DNA of 64,000 nucleotides, from the NCBI GenBank assembly GCA_007376265.1, contig VMFW01000002.1, positions 13,970 through 77,969 of the forward strand, in the 5' to 3' direction. The DNA comes from Parcubacteria group bacterium Gr01-1014_20. Its GTDB lineage: Bacteria; Patescibacteriota; Minisyncoccia; UBA6257; 2-01-FULL-56-20. The notes under the pieces were generated by a model, which was not told where the DNA came from, did not search any database, and saw only the letters and a program-made list of their open reading frames with translations. Below, one piece after another: positions 9,209-18,869 of this stretch (positions are counted from its first letter, which is position 1; the number at the start of each line of letters is the position of its first letter). A program made the position numbers and the translations under genes.

Positions 9209-9634
9209 CTAGCCAGTGAGCGTTTTTATGTCATCTCTAAATCGGTTCGCGCGACTAACTACCGCTTCTCCATAAGTCCAAAGATAGCTCCTCCAACGAC
9301 CGCCAGCGTAATACTTTGCCGCGGCGCACCTTTCTCGGCTCGTCTGATTAGAATACAGGTCAGTACAACCCCTCATGGCATCTTTAAGATACAAACCCGT
9401 CGCCACAAAAGCGTCAGCATGACTCCAGGGGTTAGCCGGGGAATTGCCGGTTATTTTCGAAACTGCATCCTTATAAAGTTTCCAGGTGGAAGGAATAAAC
9501 TGCGCCGGACCCATTGCGCCGCCATAGGCGCCATCCTTGTTAGCGCAGGAAACGAGAACCGCCGAAGAATCCTTGCTAATCCCAAGCTCTTTTAGTATTT
9601 CCTCAAATATCGGAATGTCCCTCTTGGGATGCAT
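9209..9634 (-). CDS. lytic transglycosylase-like domain (C-terminal segment of a frameshifted gene)
   Basis: [13 protein letters not shown] motif typical of MltB/SLT-type lytic transglycosylases; overlaps 9603..10616 by about 30 nt in the -1 frame. Confidence 0.5.
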   Translation of the reverse strand: MHPKRDIPIFEEILKELGISKDSSAVLVSCANKDGAYGGAMGPAQFIPSTWKLYKDAVSKITGNSPANPWSHADAFVATGLYLKDAMRGCTDLYSNQTSRERCAAAKYYAGGRWRSYLWTYGEAVVSRANRFRDDIKTLTG

Positions 9635-10616
9635 CGCCGTTGTACAAGATCATCGCGGGATCAATCCCGGTAGACTGCCCGGCCAACTTTGCAAACTTAT
9701 AGGCCTCATCAAAACTTAGTTCTCCTCCGCCAAGAAGTTTGAAAATTCGGCTCCTAATTTCTGCGGCTGTTTTCTTGGTTTCCGTAAGCAAACCTTGATA
9801 CTTACTCTCTTGCCCTTTGGTGATATCGAGCAGACCATTCTTCTGGGTTTTAGTCTTCTCGTTTTCTTGCTTCTGGACCTCCTGGTACTCCCGGAGAGTC
9901 GTCTTGTCGGACTTAGCAAGCGATAGCTTATCCTTTTGGTCCTCTAGCTGATCCCTAAGGTCAGTGACTTTGGAAATAGTTAGCTGCAAATTGTCTTGAA
10001 TGAGAATGATGTTGTTTACATCGTTGAAAAAATCGGACAACTTAGGACTCTTCAAAAAAACCTCCATCAGGCTTGTCTGATCGCTAGCCTGAAGGTTCTT
10101 TATCAAAACCGACAAAGACTCCTTATTTTTTTCAATATCGCCTTCAGTCGTTACAATTTGATACTGGGTCTCTACGATTTTTTTATCCAACTGGCTGATA
10201 GTCAAATTAATCGCCTTTATCTCGAGGCCAATCTTAGAAATTTTATTATTCAAATTACTTATCTCCCCCTTTAATGTTTTACCCTGTTTCTGATAGCTAA
10301 CTATCTGGTCTTCATATTGATCAATCTGGCCCTCAAGTTCTTTAAGCTGAACCTCTAAGGCTTCTCTCTCATTTTCATCCAGAGTATTATTCGCCGCCAA
10401 AGTTGCTGTCGTGGGAGCCACTGCTGAACCCAAAATCAAAAAAGCCATGGCGAAAACCGGCACTATCACTTTCAAGGTGTTGAAAATCGGTATACGCTTG
10501 GCTACATAATACGACAGGTTAATCCTTTTTGGTAAAGGTGAGAAGGAATCACCCCCCCCTACCCTACTCGGTGATTTTATGTCGCGAAGAATCTTTGGTT
10601 TTAACAAATTAGACAT
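9603..10616 (-). CDS. coiled-coil protein with the start of a transglycosylase domain (N-terminal segment of a frameshifted gene)
   Basis: Signal/TM segment [15 protein letters not shown], long heptad coiled coil, ends ...[24 protein letters not shown] then a premature stop. Confidence 0.5.
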   Translation of the reverse strand: MSNLLKPKILRDIKSPSRVGGGDSFSPLPKRINLSYYVAKRIPIFNTLKVIVPVFAMAFLILGSAVAPTTATLAANNTLDENEREALEVQLKELEGQIDQYEDQIVSYQKQGKTLKGEISNLNNKISKIGLEIKAINLTISQLDKKIVETQYQIVTTEGDIEKNKESLSVLIKNLQASDQTSLMEVFLKSPKLSDFFNDVNNIILIQDNLQLTISKVTDLRDQLEDQKDKLSLAKSDKTTLREYQEVQKQENEKTKTQKNGLLDITKGQESKYQGLLTETKKTAAEIRSRIFKLLGGGELSFDEAYKFAKLAGQSTGIDPAMILYNGDASQEGHSDI

Positions 10617-10682
10617 CCAAGCCTTATTATAACAAAAAAAGCCTCCTTAAGAAGGTGGCCAGAAAACGTTAAAACATAAGGA

Positions 10683-11336
10683 CTATTCCTTCTTTTCTTC
10701 AACCGCCTTTTTGGCGTCGCGCTCGGCTTTCTTCTCTTCTCCCTCAACTTTAACCTCTGAAACATCAACCGCAACCGGCGCCTCCACCTCCTCTTTTACT
10801 GGAACAACCGTAGCAATCACCGTTTCTGGTTCAACCAAAATCTTAACCGCCGCAGGGACCTTAAGATCTCTCGCATAGATACTTTTATCCAAACTATCCA
10901 AAACCGACAAAAGAACCTCAATTCTGTGCGGTAAATCACCCGGCAACGCTTCAACCTCGATCTCCGATACCGCCTTGTTTAAGACTCCAAGTTTCTCTCT
11001 AACCGCCGGTGCCTCCCCGATAAATTCAAGCGGCACATTGGCTTTGATTTTCTCAGTCATCGTCACCCGATAAAAATCAATATGGTTCACCTCCCCGGTT
11101 AAGTAATCCCTTTTAACTTCGTGAATTAAAGTGGGCAACTTATCATTCTCTAAAACCAAATTAACAATCGTATTTTCTCCGGCCTCCCTAAAAACCCTCA
11201 AGAATTCCGGCTTAGAAACCGTTAGGTGCTCATTCTTAAATCCGCGCCCGTAAACCTCGGCTGGAACCAAGCCCTGTTTGACAAGTAGCCGGCTGACTTT
11301 CCCTAGTCGATCTCTTTTTGTGACCAATAAATCCAT
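10683..11336 (-). CDS. rplY: ribosomal protein L25 / general stress protein Ctc
   Basis: N-terminal L25 fold (LVKQGLVPAEVYG...LTVSKPEF...ENTIVNL) and acidic Lys/Glu-rich tail. Confidence 0.85.
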   Translation of the reverse strand: MDLLVTKRDRLGKVSRLLVKQGLVPAEVYGRGFKNEHLTVSKPEFLRVFREAGENTIVNLVLENDKLPTLIHEVKRDYLTGEVNHIDFYRVTMTEKIKANVPLEFIGEAPAVREKLGVLNKAVSEIEVEALPGDLPHRIEVLLSVLDSLDKSIYARDLKVPAAVKILVEPETVIATVVPVKEEVEAPVAVDVSEVKVEGEEKKAERDAKKAVEEKKE

Positions 11337-11383
11337 ATGAATACGTGGACACTATGCTAGCAAAAAATTCTAGTTATGGCAAA

Positions 11384-12289
11384 TTAGACGAGCGAAGCGT
11401 CAAGCTTATTGAATAATTTGAGTCTCTTCAAAACCACCCCCTTCACCCCCTCAAAAGCCAGGGGGAATATTTTATAAGGCGCTACTTCTTTGGGATTAGA
11501 ACTAAGTCCAGCCTCAAGACCCTTCCGCCAAGCCAACCTTATTTCGGTGTTAATATGCACAACCACAACGCCTGCCTGAATCGCCATCCTGAAATCCTCG
11601 TCAGTATTTCCAGAACCGCCATGCAAAACTAGCGGCAACTTAACCGCGTCCTTGATTGCTCTAATGCGAGCTATATCGAGGTTTGGGTCGGGCATATTCG
11701 CAAACATTCCATGCAAATTTCCAACCGCCGGCGCAAGCATATCCACTCCCGTTTCATAAACAAACTGCTTCGCTTCCTCCGGAGTTGTTAAATCCTCCGG
11801 CTTAATCGCGGCTCCCTCTGGAAGCTCCTCTCTCACCTCTGAAGCCGAACCAATATAGCCAACCTCTCCTTCCACAAGGATTTCCGGATTAACCGATTTA
11901 ACATATTCAACCACCTCTTTCGTCTTTTTAACATTTTCCTCGAACGTTAGTTTGCTCCCGTCAAATAAAATTTCATCATAACCGGCCGCCACGGCTTCTT
12001 TAACTTTTTCAAAACTTTTTGTGTGGTCGGAGTTTAAAAAAATCGGATAATCAAATTCTTCGCGCAAAACGCGAACTAATGCGGCCGCTTGTTTCCTTCC
12101 AACAAAATCCCCTTCCCCTTCTGAGGTCCCGATCATGACTGGCACACTAATCTCTCTTGCCGCTTCGAAAATAGCTTTAAGCGCCACTAAGTCCGAGATA
12201 TTAAAATGTCCCACCGCCACTCTTTTCGCCTCTGCCTCTTTCAAAACAACCCTTAAGTTTTTTGCCATCTTTTTAAAGTTAAACCTCAA
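11384..12289 (-). CDS. fba: class II fructose-bisphosphate aldolase
   Basis: GHFNISD, NSDHTKS and LHGGSG motifs; the start is more likely MAKNLRV at 12268. Confidence 0.85.
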   Translation of the reverse strand: MRFNFKKMAKNLRVVLKEAEAKRVAVGHFNISDLVALKAIFEAAREISVPVMIGTSEGEGDFVGRKQAAALVRVLREEFDYPIFLNSDHTKSFEKVKEAVAAGYDEILFDGSKLTFEENVKKTKEVVEYVKSVNPEILVEGEVGYIGSASEVREELPEGAAIKPEDLTTPEEAKQFVYETGVDMLAPAVGNLHGMFANMPDPNLDIARIRAIKDAVKLPLVLHGGSGNTDEDFRMAIQAGVVVVHINTEIRLAWRKGLEAGLSSNPKEVAPYKIFPLAFEGVKGVVLKRLKLFNKLDASLV

Positions 12290-13532
12290 AATATCCCTGC
12301 AACAAATATTCCACCGCCCGCTTCTCCATGTCTTCCCGACCGAAATAAACTGAAAAGATCTGGTTCCACATGGCTTCCTGGTGATGATACAAGTATTTTA
12401 CCATTTCTCGCTGTTTCACTAAGGACATGACCGTATCCACCAAATTGAAACTAACCAAAATATTGTGACCCATCTCGTCCCTAAAATAATCCCCCACCCA
12501 GCCCAACTCACGCCAAAACTCCAAGTCCTTCCCAAGCCCATCCAGGGTCAAACCAACCTTAGATAAGCTATCTTCGGCCTTCAGCCAATGAAGTGCCTCG
12601 GGATTAATGTGGGGCACAAACAGCCTCCAGTCGTTTTCATCATCTTTAGCTAAATACCTCTGAACCACTAACCAGAGCGACCGATCACTGTCTGGAAAGT
12701 GCCGCTCCGTTACATCCCCCCGGAGAAGCGAAGTAAAGTTAGCCGTGAAGGTAATCCTCTCTTCCATTATGTGCTTAAAAATCCGCGAATAAAAAGGCAC
12801 CTCATATAAATAATGCATAACTAGCACAAACATCCGAAGCAACTCACCAGAAATGCCGAGTAGGGCCGGAATAATAAAAACCACGCCCAACTCCTTAAGG
12901 TGGCTAATATTGTGCTTCTTCTTTGAAACAAACTTTTCCGACTCCGCTCCCCACTTCTCACCAAGGGCCTTAACCTGGACTTCCCGCTCCTCAAAATCTT
13001 CGGGTGTCAAAGTTTCATACTGTTTGAAGAAAACTCCGTTCAGCCATTCACTCCCTTCAATAAATCTAAGCGCGCTATAAACCTCAAGCAAATCTTCTTT
13101 TTCGAGCATCTTATCCACCGAATCGTAACCTAAAAACTCCATTACCTTCTTGGGTGGTTCCTTCAACAAAAACTCCCTCGCCTTATCAAGTTTCAAAAAA
13201 AATCCTTTGGGGGGATTAATAATTCTTCTAGCCACATCCCCTATTCTCTGGCAATCGCCCACTAATTTAAAATTAGGGCTGCCAAACGCCTGAAATATTT
13301 GCCGATCATCCGACTCGATTTTTGAAATCAAAGCATCATAAATCTCCTTCGCATCCGCGCTCGACGAAACCCCTAAACGCAAAAGCCGATCCTTCATGAG
13401 CTCCTCGTTCTCCTGAACAATTGCCTCCATCATGGAACTCTTGCCGGTTACCGCCGCAAATCTCTTCTCAATATCCAAAATATAATCCTTATCCGTCCTT
13501 AAAATCTTGGCTATTTTTTCGTAAGCGTTCAT
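12279..13532 (-). CDS. hypothetical protein, 417 aa
   Basis: Uninterrupted ORF in an operon with fba and the pfkB kinase; no recognisable motif. Confidence 0.55.
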   Translation of the reverse strand: MNAYEKIAKILRTDKDYILDIEKRFAAVTGKSSMMEAIVQENEELMKDRLLRLGVSSSADAKEIYDALISKIESDDRQIFQAFGSPNFKLVGDCQRIGDVARRIINPPKGFFLKLDKAREFLLKEPPKKVMEFLGYDSVDKMLEKEDLLEVYSALRFIEGSEWLNGVFFKQYETLTPEDFEEREVQVKALGEKWGAESEKFVSKKKHNISHLKELGVVFIIPALLGISGELLRMFVLVMHYLYEVPFYSRIFKHIMEERITFTANFTSLLRGDVTERHFPDSDRSLWLVVQRYLAKDDENDWRLFVPHINPEALHWLKAEDSLSKVGLTLDGLGKDLEFWRELGWVGDYFRDEMGHNILVSFNLVDTVMSLVKQREMVKYLYHHQEAMWNQIFSVYFGREDMEKRAVEYLLQGYFEV

Positions 13533-13538
13533 AAAAAA

Positions 13539-14606
13539 TTAAATCTTGAAAGTTTTAACTGATAAGTTTTTCCACCTCGCTTGAGTTTCAAACTGACGCC
13601 GAGTTAGAATCCCCGATTGTGCCCCGACCTCTTCAACATTCGAAGTCGCATTAGCGCTTCCCAACCGAATCGCATACTCTATATCCTCTTCTTTAAAAAT
13701 TTTATTTCTCCCGTCTCTTGATGCTTGATGCTTGATGCTTGATGCTTGCCGGAGTAATCCGGCTGTAAATCCCGAACCAAAGGAATCTCCCGCGCCAGTT
13801 CGGTCAGCTACTCGTTTTTCTCTGTAAATTCCTGCCTTATAAATCCGTCTGCCATCCGAAACCGCGACTCCTTTCGGGCCATCGGTCATCACCGCCAACC
13901 CCCCCACCATCTCATCAAATTTTTTAAAAATCCCTTTTTCATCCTCATATTTCTTCCCTGTCAAAGCCGCCCCTTCGTCTCGATTCAAAATAATAATATC
14001 TGTGAAGTCAAAAAGAGGTCGGAGCTTTTTAGCGCCCAAATCAATGTAGTGACGTGACGGATTCATGGCCACCATCACACCCCTCTTTTTTAACTTTTTT
14101 AAAATACTCACAATCACCGAAACGCCTATTCGGCCGGGCACAACGTACGCTGCGTCCACATTGAAATCTCTTCTAGGAACCTCTGTGATTCGTAAATCCT
14201 GAGAGGCTCCATGATAGCTTAGAATGGTCCTTTCTCCTTCAGCAGAAAGAAATATCACCGAATAAGCCGTGCCTCTCACCTTGTCAAAAATTACTACCGG
14301 TCCAACTTTTTCTTTCTTTAAAGCTGTCATGATTTCCTCCCCATTGGGGTCGTTTCCAATCTTAATTAAAGCCTCGGTTTTGAACCCCTGTCTCGCAAAA
14401 GTAATCGCCGCATTGGCCGCTCCCCCACCCAGGGCAAAAATCGGCTCTTGAATCTCAATTTTCCCTCCCAATCCCAAAGCAAAGCATTGGGCCTCACCTG
14501 TCGGAAAACCGGCTTTTTTTAAGTGGCCTGGGTCGTGCACCACCTTAAAAAAATCGCCCCGAAGGACCACATCCCTCGTTGCCGTTCCAATCGTAAGAAC
14601 TCTCAT
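13539..14606 (-). CDS. PfkB-family carbohydrate/nucleoside kinase (ribokinase-like)
   Basis: GGGAANAA N-terminal motif and DRTGAGDSFGSGF (the DTxGAGD anion hole); an insertion encoded by a heptanucleotide tandem repeat sits after it. Confidence 0.8.
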   Translation of the reverse strand: MRVLTIGTATRDVVLRGDFFKVVHDPGHLKKAGFPTGEAQCFALGLGGKIEIQEPIFALGGGAANAAITFARQGFKTEALIKIGNDPNGEEIMTALKKEKVGPVVIFDKVRGTAYSVIFLSAEGERTILSYHGASQDLRITEVPRRDFNVDAAYVVPGRIGVSVIVSILKKLKKRGVMVAMNPSRHYIDLGAKKLRPLFDFTDIIILNRDEGAALTGKKYEDEKGIFKKFDEMVGGLAVMTDGPKGVAVSDGRRIYKAGIYREKRVADRTGAGDSFGSGFTAGLLRQASSIKHQASRDGRNKIFKEEDIEYAIRLGSANATSNVEEVGAQSGILTRRQFETQARWKNLSVKTFKI

Positions 14607-14678
14607 TGGCCATAATTATAGCAGTTTTCAAATAAAAACCCGAGCGCTTAAGCTCGGGTCGACGGTTAGTCGATAAAG

Positions 14679-15791
14679 TCATTCCTGGTCAGAATCCTCA
14701 ATGTCTTTCCGGAGTCGTTTAAACTTGACTTCGATTCTCCGGAGTCTCGTTAGTTCCGCTTCGGTTTCAGTATCAACCGTAGGTCTTTCTAAAAACCGAT
14801 CAAGAACCCCGGCTAATCGTTCAATAGCCGGACCCATCAGATCCATAGCGGCCTTTACTTCCGATATAGAGGAACGAACCTCGTCAGAAAACGTATCCGT
14901 ATCTGGAGTTTCGGTTGACAAATCCTGGTGAACCGGGGGATCTCCACTCGCAACGCTCCGAACAATCTTCGCTCCTTCAGTTGAAACACGTCTCGTTTTT
15001 AAGTATCCGTCTGGATCTTTCCTCCATGCGTAGTAAAGAACCTGCAGATACTGTGGCGTGGTTTCTATGTCCTCCACTACCGCCAGAGCGCAGACACGGT
15101 GGGCTTCATCCCCGGCCGTGCCATTACCTATTCGAAAGTGCTTGTAAGCAAAAGCTTTGATCGATCCGCGTTTCTGCTTGACCACAACTTTGGTTTCCGC
15201 CGGTTTTAACACTGGAGCATCACCACCTCTCTCTTCTTCAAGCTCATCGTGAGCCACCAATTCTTCTTCCGAAATCGTTTCTCGATCTGGAACAGTGGAA
15301 TTTCCTTCATGAGCAACAACCACATAATCAGATACCACGCTTTTTGAAACTTGAGGGGGAAAAATCAACGAAAAATCCCTAGTCTCGACGGCTTTGAGTT
15401 TGGCTAGTGCGGCAAGGGCCGCCTCTCGAGATGGCAGGATAGAGGCGACTAACCTTCTGGCCTCACCGGTTTGCATTGCGTGCGACAGAAACCACACCCC
15501 CCCGCTCTTCGCGTAATCCTTCACCTTGAGGTACCACGCCGTAGAAAGAAATTTCAAGAAGATAACTACGACCACACCCTTGGGGATATTTGGTTTTTTT
15601 CTGGCTGAAGGATCGTGAGAATCCCAAAATACCATTTGGGGGTGATTTCGAATATCATTTGGAAAATTACCGTCCTTGGAACCGACTACGAGTATCTTAG
15701 ATCTCGGATCGTCACGCAGTTTCTCGATGACCGCTTTGCTCGGCTGCAACAATTCCACTAGAAAACACCTCCCCTCTTCGGAAAATGACAA
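14679..15791 (-). CDS. hypothetical protein, 370 aa, GC above background
   Basis: Long clean ORF with no known motif. Confidence 0.5.
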   Translation of the reverse strand: MSFSEEGRCFLVELLQPSKAVIEKLRDDPRSKILVVGSKDGNFPNDIRNHPQMVFWDSHDPSARKKPNIPKGVVVVIFLKFLSTAWYLKVKDYAKSGGVWFLSHAMQTGEARRLVASILPSREAALAALAKLKAVETRDFSLIFPPQVSKSVVSDYVVVAHEGNSTVPDRETISEEELVAHDELEEERGGDAPVLKPAETKVVVKQKRGSIKAFAYKHFRIGNGTAGDEAHRVCALAVVEDIETTPQYLQVLYYAWRKDPDGYLKTRRVSTEGAKIVRSVASGDPPVHQDLSTETPDTDTFSDEVRSSISEVKAAMDLMGPAIERLAGVLDRFLERPTVDTETEAELTRLRRIEVKFKRLRKDIEDSDQE

Positions 15792-15838
15792 ATATCTCCC
15801 ATTCTTCTAACACAAAGAAAACCTTACGTCAAACAACT

Positions 15839-16855
15839 TTATTCAGGCAAGTAGGGCTGAAAATCACTGTTTATTTTAAATTTAACCGGTTTAACGTTAG
15901 TTATTTTCTTGTCAGTAACTTTAAGTTCGACTGACATTCCCCCCATTGTCTCCTCCGAAAAACCCTGATCAAAAACGAAATTCCCGAGGCTATAAAATAT
16001 CCAGGAACCTTCATATTCCTCAACTTCCTGTGGCACGTGTGGATGGTGACCAACAACCACGTCGGCTCCAGCGTCAACTAGTGATCGGGCTGTTTTTTTC
16101 TGCCAGTCGCTCGCATTGGTTTTATACTCCTCCCCCCAATGCAAAGAAACTACCACTAAGTCCGCCCGGCTTTTTACCTCCTCTACTCTCTCTCGAATTT
16201 TTTCCAAATCAAAATCACTCACCCCAGAAGAATCTGCCTCAGCCGCTAGACCATTAGGGTAAAGATTGGTGTAGGCCAAAAACGCGACGCGCAAATTCTT
16301 AACATCATAAAAATAAGCTTGATTCGCCTCTTCGTAATTTCGTCCCGCGCCAACCGTTCCAATTCCCACTCCAGCTAAATTAGAAAGGGTGTCTGAAATC
16401 GCTTCTGCGCCCCAATCCCAAATGTGATTATTAGCAAGAGATAATACTCCAAAACCCGCATCTTTGAGCGCAAGAGCTACCTCCGGCTTGAACCGGAACG
16501 AGTAAATACTTCCTTGATTTTTTCCTCGATCGGAGATTGGCCCTTCAAGATTGCCGAAAACCAAATCCGCCTGCCTCAAGTAGTCTTTAACCTTTAAGAA
16601 TGGAAGATGAAAGTCCGAGCTGTTTTTTGAAATCTTCCACTCTACTCCTCGTCCCAGCATAATGTCGCCTACAAAAATTAATGTGGTTTCTATTTTTTCC
16701 GACTTTTTGTTTACGGCAACTGACTGCAAATCTGCTATTCCGCCGGAAAAGCCTTCTGGCTTATCCGAAACAAGTCTAATCTCCTTGATCAGAAAACCCG
16801 AATAAAAAGCCGCAAACCCAACCAAAACAAAAAACCAGTAATAACCTGATTTCAT
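15839..16855 (-). CDS. capA: CapA/PgsA-family metallophosphatase (poly-gamma-glutamate capsule biosynthesis-like)
   Basis: N-terminal TM, then DIMLGRGV, GNLEGP, ANNH and GHHPHV motifs. Confidence 0.8.
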   Translation of the reverse strand: MKSGYYWFFVLVGFAAFYSGFLIKEIRLVSDKPEGFSGGIADLQSVAVNKKSEKIETTLIFVGDIMLGRGVEWKISKNSSDFHLPFLKVKDYLRQADLVFGNLEGPISDRGKNQGSIYSFRFKPEVALALKDAGFGVLSLANNHIWDWGAEAISDTLSNLAGVGIGTVGAGRNYEEANQAYFYDVKNLRVAFLAYTNLYPNGLAAEADSSGVSDFDLEKIRERVEEVKSRADLVVVSLHWGEEYKTNASDWQKKTARSLVDAGADVVVGHHPHVPQEVEEYEGSWIFYSLGNFVFDQGFSEETMGGMSVELKVTDKKITNVKPVKFKINSDFQPYLPE

Positions 16856-16892
16856 CTCTATCGAATTCTAGTTCAAGAAAAGCAAAAACCAA

Positions 16893-16936
16893 AACCCCAT
16901 TCTTTGGTTTCGACCAAAGAATGGGGTTAGGAAAAC
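16893..16936 (-). terminator. rho-independent terminator (AACCCCATTCTTTGG..CCAAAGAATGGGGTT) after the 608-aa surface protein gene
   Basis: 15-bp stem with a U-tract on the minus strand. Confidence 0.7.
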
Positions 16937-16948
16937 CAACTGCAAAAC

Positions 16949-18775
16949 CTATCTAAGGACCTGCAAGAGTTGCTGTAACTGTTGACTAATCTGGCTTAGC
17001 TGGGTCGAAAAAGATTGGATCACTGACGCCGACGGAGTCGCGCCGGTATTAACCCCACCGCCAGAAGAACCCGCTTCACAGGTCGGCGCCGGACCGCCTC
17101 GAAGTGCGTAATCGTCAATCAGGGTCTTGTCTAAAATGTCCACCTTGCCATCGCCATTCACGTCGGCATTCACCCCAGTCGGAATTTGAGTGCTCTGGAG
17201 GGTATAAAGCTGGATCAAAGTGACATCAACAACGTTTACAACCCCATCACCATTTAAGTCTCCGCAAACCCCAGAAACAGACACTGGCGCAATTTTGGTG
17301 ATGAAATCTTCCGCAGCGTAACCTTTATAGCGATTATCCCAATGGATACTCGCCGACCAAGAATCACCACTTAAACTCGATAGGCCGGCCACCGTGCCTT
17401 TTGTTCCAACCGCAATAGTTGTAGAAATATCGCCATCGGGAGTTTTCCTAAGTGGGAACGCTTCTTTCGCCTGCACCCTATCTCCAACCGCTAAACCCAA
17501 GCTGGTCTTAGTTAATAGTTTATTGTCGCAAGTCGGCGCCGGCCCTCCGCGATTCAAGTAGTTAACGAGAGTGGTTACATCCAAAATATCCGGCCTCCCG
17601 TCGCCATTTAAGTCCACCTTAAGCCCGGTCGGGATCGGCACTCCACCAAACACATAGTCGGTTATATCGGTAGTGCTGGAAGGATTATCGAGATCGTTCT
17701 GATCAATCACTCCATTGCCATCTATGTCGCCGCAATCACCCGCCGAAACCTTCGGCAAGACCGTCTCGTCCTTAGAAGTTTTCGTGAGCCAATCTTCCGC
17801 CGACCACCCATCTTCACCTGTATCGTAGTTCACTGCCCACCACCAACGACCCAAGATTGACCAAACCGGCCCACCAGTGATTGTTCCCCTAGCGTTAGGA
17901 AGTTGTATCCCAATATGTACTCCGCTCGGACCAGTTCTGACGTTTAAATTATCGGTGGTTATAACTGAGTCTCCCACTTTGAACTTTACGCTCGGTTGGC
18001 TAAGCACTGCATTCGCGTCAATCACATCCACCGTCAAAAACCTCGAAGCCGTAAACCCGCTGATGTCCGTAACTTTTGCTTCTATCTTATACGTTCCGCC
18101 ATTTTTATAAACGTGAGTAGCCGCGATATCACCACCGCTTAAAAGGTTGTAAGTATTTGAAGTGCCGTCACCCCAGCTTACTAAATAAACCAGAGTCCCC
18201 CCTTCTGGGTCATGGCCTTTCACCCTCCACCAATTGCTGTGCCCGGCACCTACGCTCGTTGGGCTTACAAAAGAGTCCACCGCAAAATATGGTGACTTGC
18301 TAAACTCGGCTGACAATCCCGAACCCGCTGTATCTTTTTTGTCCATCCAATCTTCTACTGACCAACCTGAATTGCCCTTGCTCCACTTAACCTGCCACCA
18401 CCAGTATGCGCCTTGTTGCACAGAGCCACCAATAATCACCCCATCATAACCAGGATTCGCCACCGAAGTTGCCGGACCCCCTGGATTCTCTCGAATATTT
18501 AAATAATCCACCGCTTGTACGCTCTCTCCGACGATAAATTTTTGACCGGGTGTAACCGTCACTGTCGGACCAATCGATACCGCAGGTGGTACATAAACAG
18601 ATCCGGCACCTTCCGCCGCTGAAAGCTGCGCTTGAAGCTGTCGAATCTGCTCCAAAAGCAACTGAATTTGTGCCCGAAGATCTTGGGCCGTAAGCTCACT
18701 CGTTTGAGCTAAACCTCGACCAGGCACAGAAACCAAAAACAAAAACACTAAACCCAAAACAATGAGTTTCTTCAT
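16949..18775 (-). CDS. secreted surface protein: signal peptide, N-terminal heptad helix, SH3b-like x3, PKD, two dockerin-like repeat pairs, C-terminal amphipathic helix
   Basis: Dockerin Ca-loop pairs CGDIDGNGVIDQNDL/DLNGDGRPDILDVTTLVNYLNRGGPAPTCD and CGDLNGDGVVNVVDVTLIQ/DVNGDGKVDILDKTLIDDYALRGGPAPTCE; PKD motif SWGDGTS; SH3b-like GESVQAVDYLNIRENPGG; C-terminus QLSQISQQLQQLLQVLR. Confidence 0.8.
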   Translation of the reverse strand: MKKLIVLGLVFLFLVSVPGRGLAQTSELTAQDLRAQIQLLLEQIRQLQAQLSAAEGAGSVYVPPAVSIGPTVTVTPGQKFIVGESVQAVDYLNIRENPGGPATSVANPGYDGVIIGGSVQQGAYWWWQVKWSKGNSGWSVEDWMDKKDTAGSGLSAEFSKSPYFAVDSFVSPTSVGAGHSNWWRVKGHDPEGGTLVYLVSWGDGTSNTYNLLSGGDIAATHVYKNGGTYKIEAKVTDISGFTASRFLTVDVIDANAVLSQPSVKFKVGDSVITTDNLNVRTGPSGVHIGIQLPNARGTITGGPVWSILGRWWWAVNYDTGEDGWSAEDWLTKTSKDETVLPKVSAGDCGDIDGNGVIDQNDLDNPSSTTDITDYVFGGVPIPTGLKVDLNGDGRPDILDVTTLVNYLNRGGPAPTCDNKLLTKTSLGLAVGDRVQAKEAFPLRKTPDGDISTTIAVGTKGTVAGLSSLSGDSWSASIHWDNRYKGYAAEDFITKIAPVSVSGVCGDLNGDGVVNVVDVTLIQLYTLQSTQIPTGVNADVNGDGKVDILDKTLIDDYALRGGPAPTCEAGSSGGGVNTGATPSASVIQSFSTQLSQISQQLQQLLQVLR

Positions 18776-18869
18776 TTTTAAAATATTTAAAATATTTTTT
18801 AGTAAAACCCGACTACCAATATTGTATCAAAAAACCACCTCCGAAACCAAGGGGCAAAAAACCACCAAA

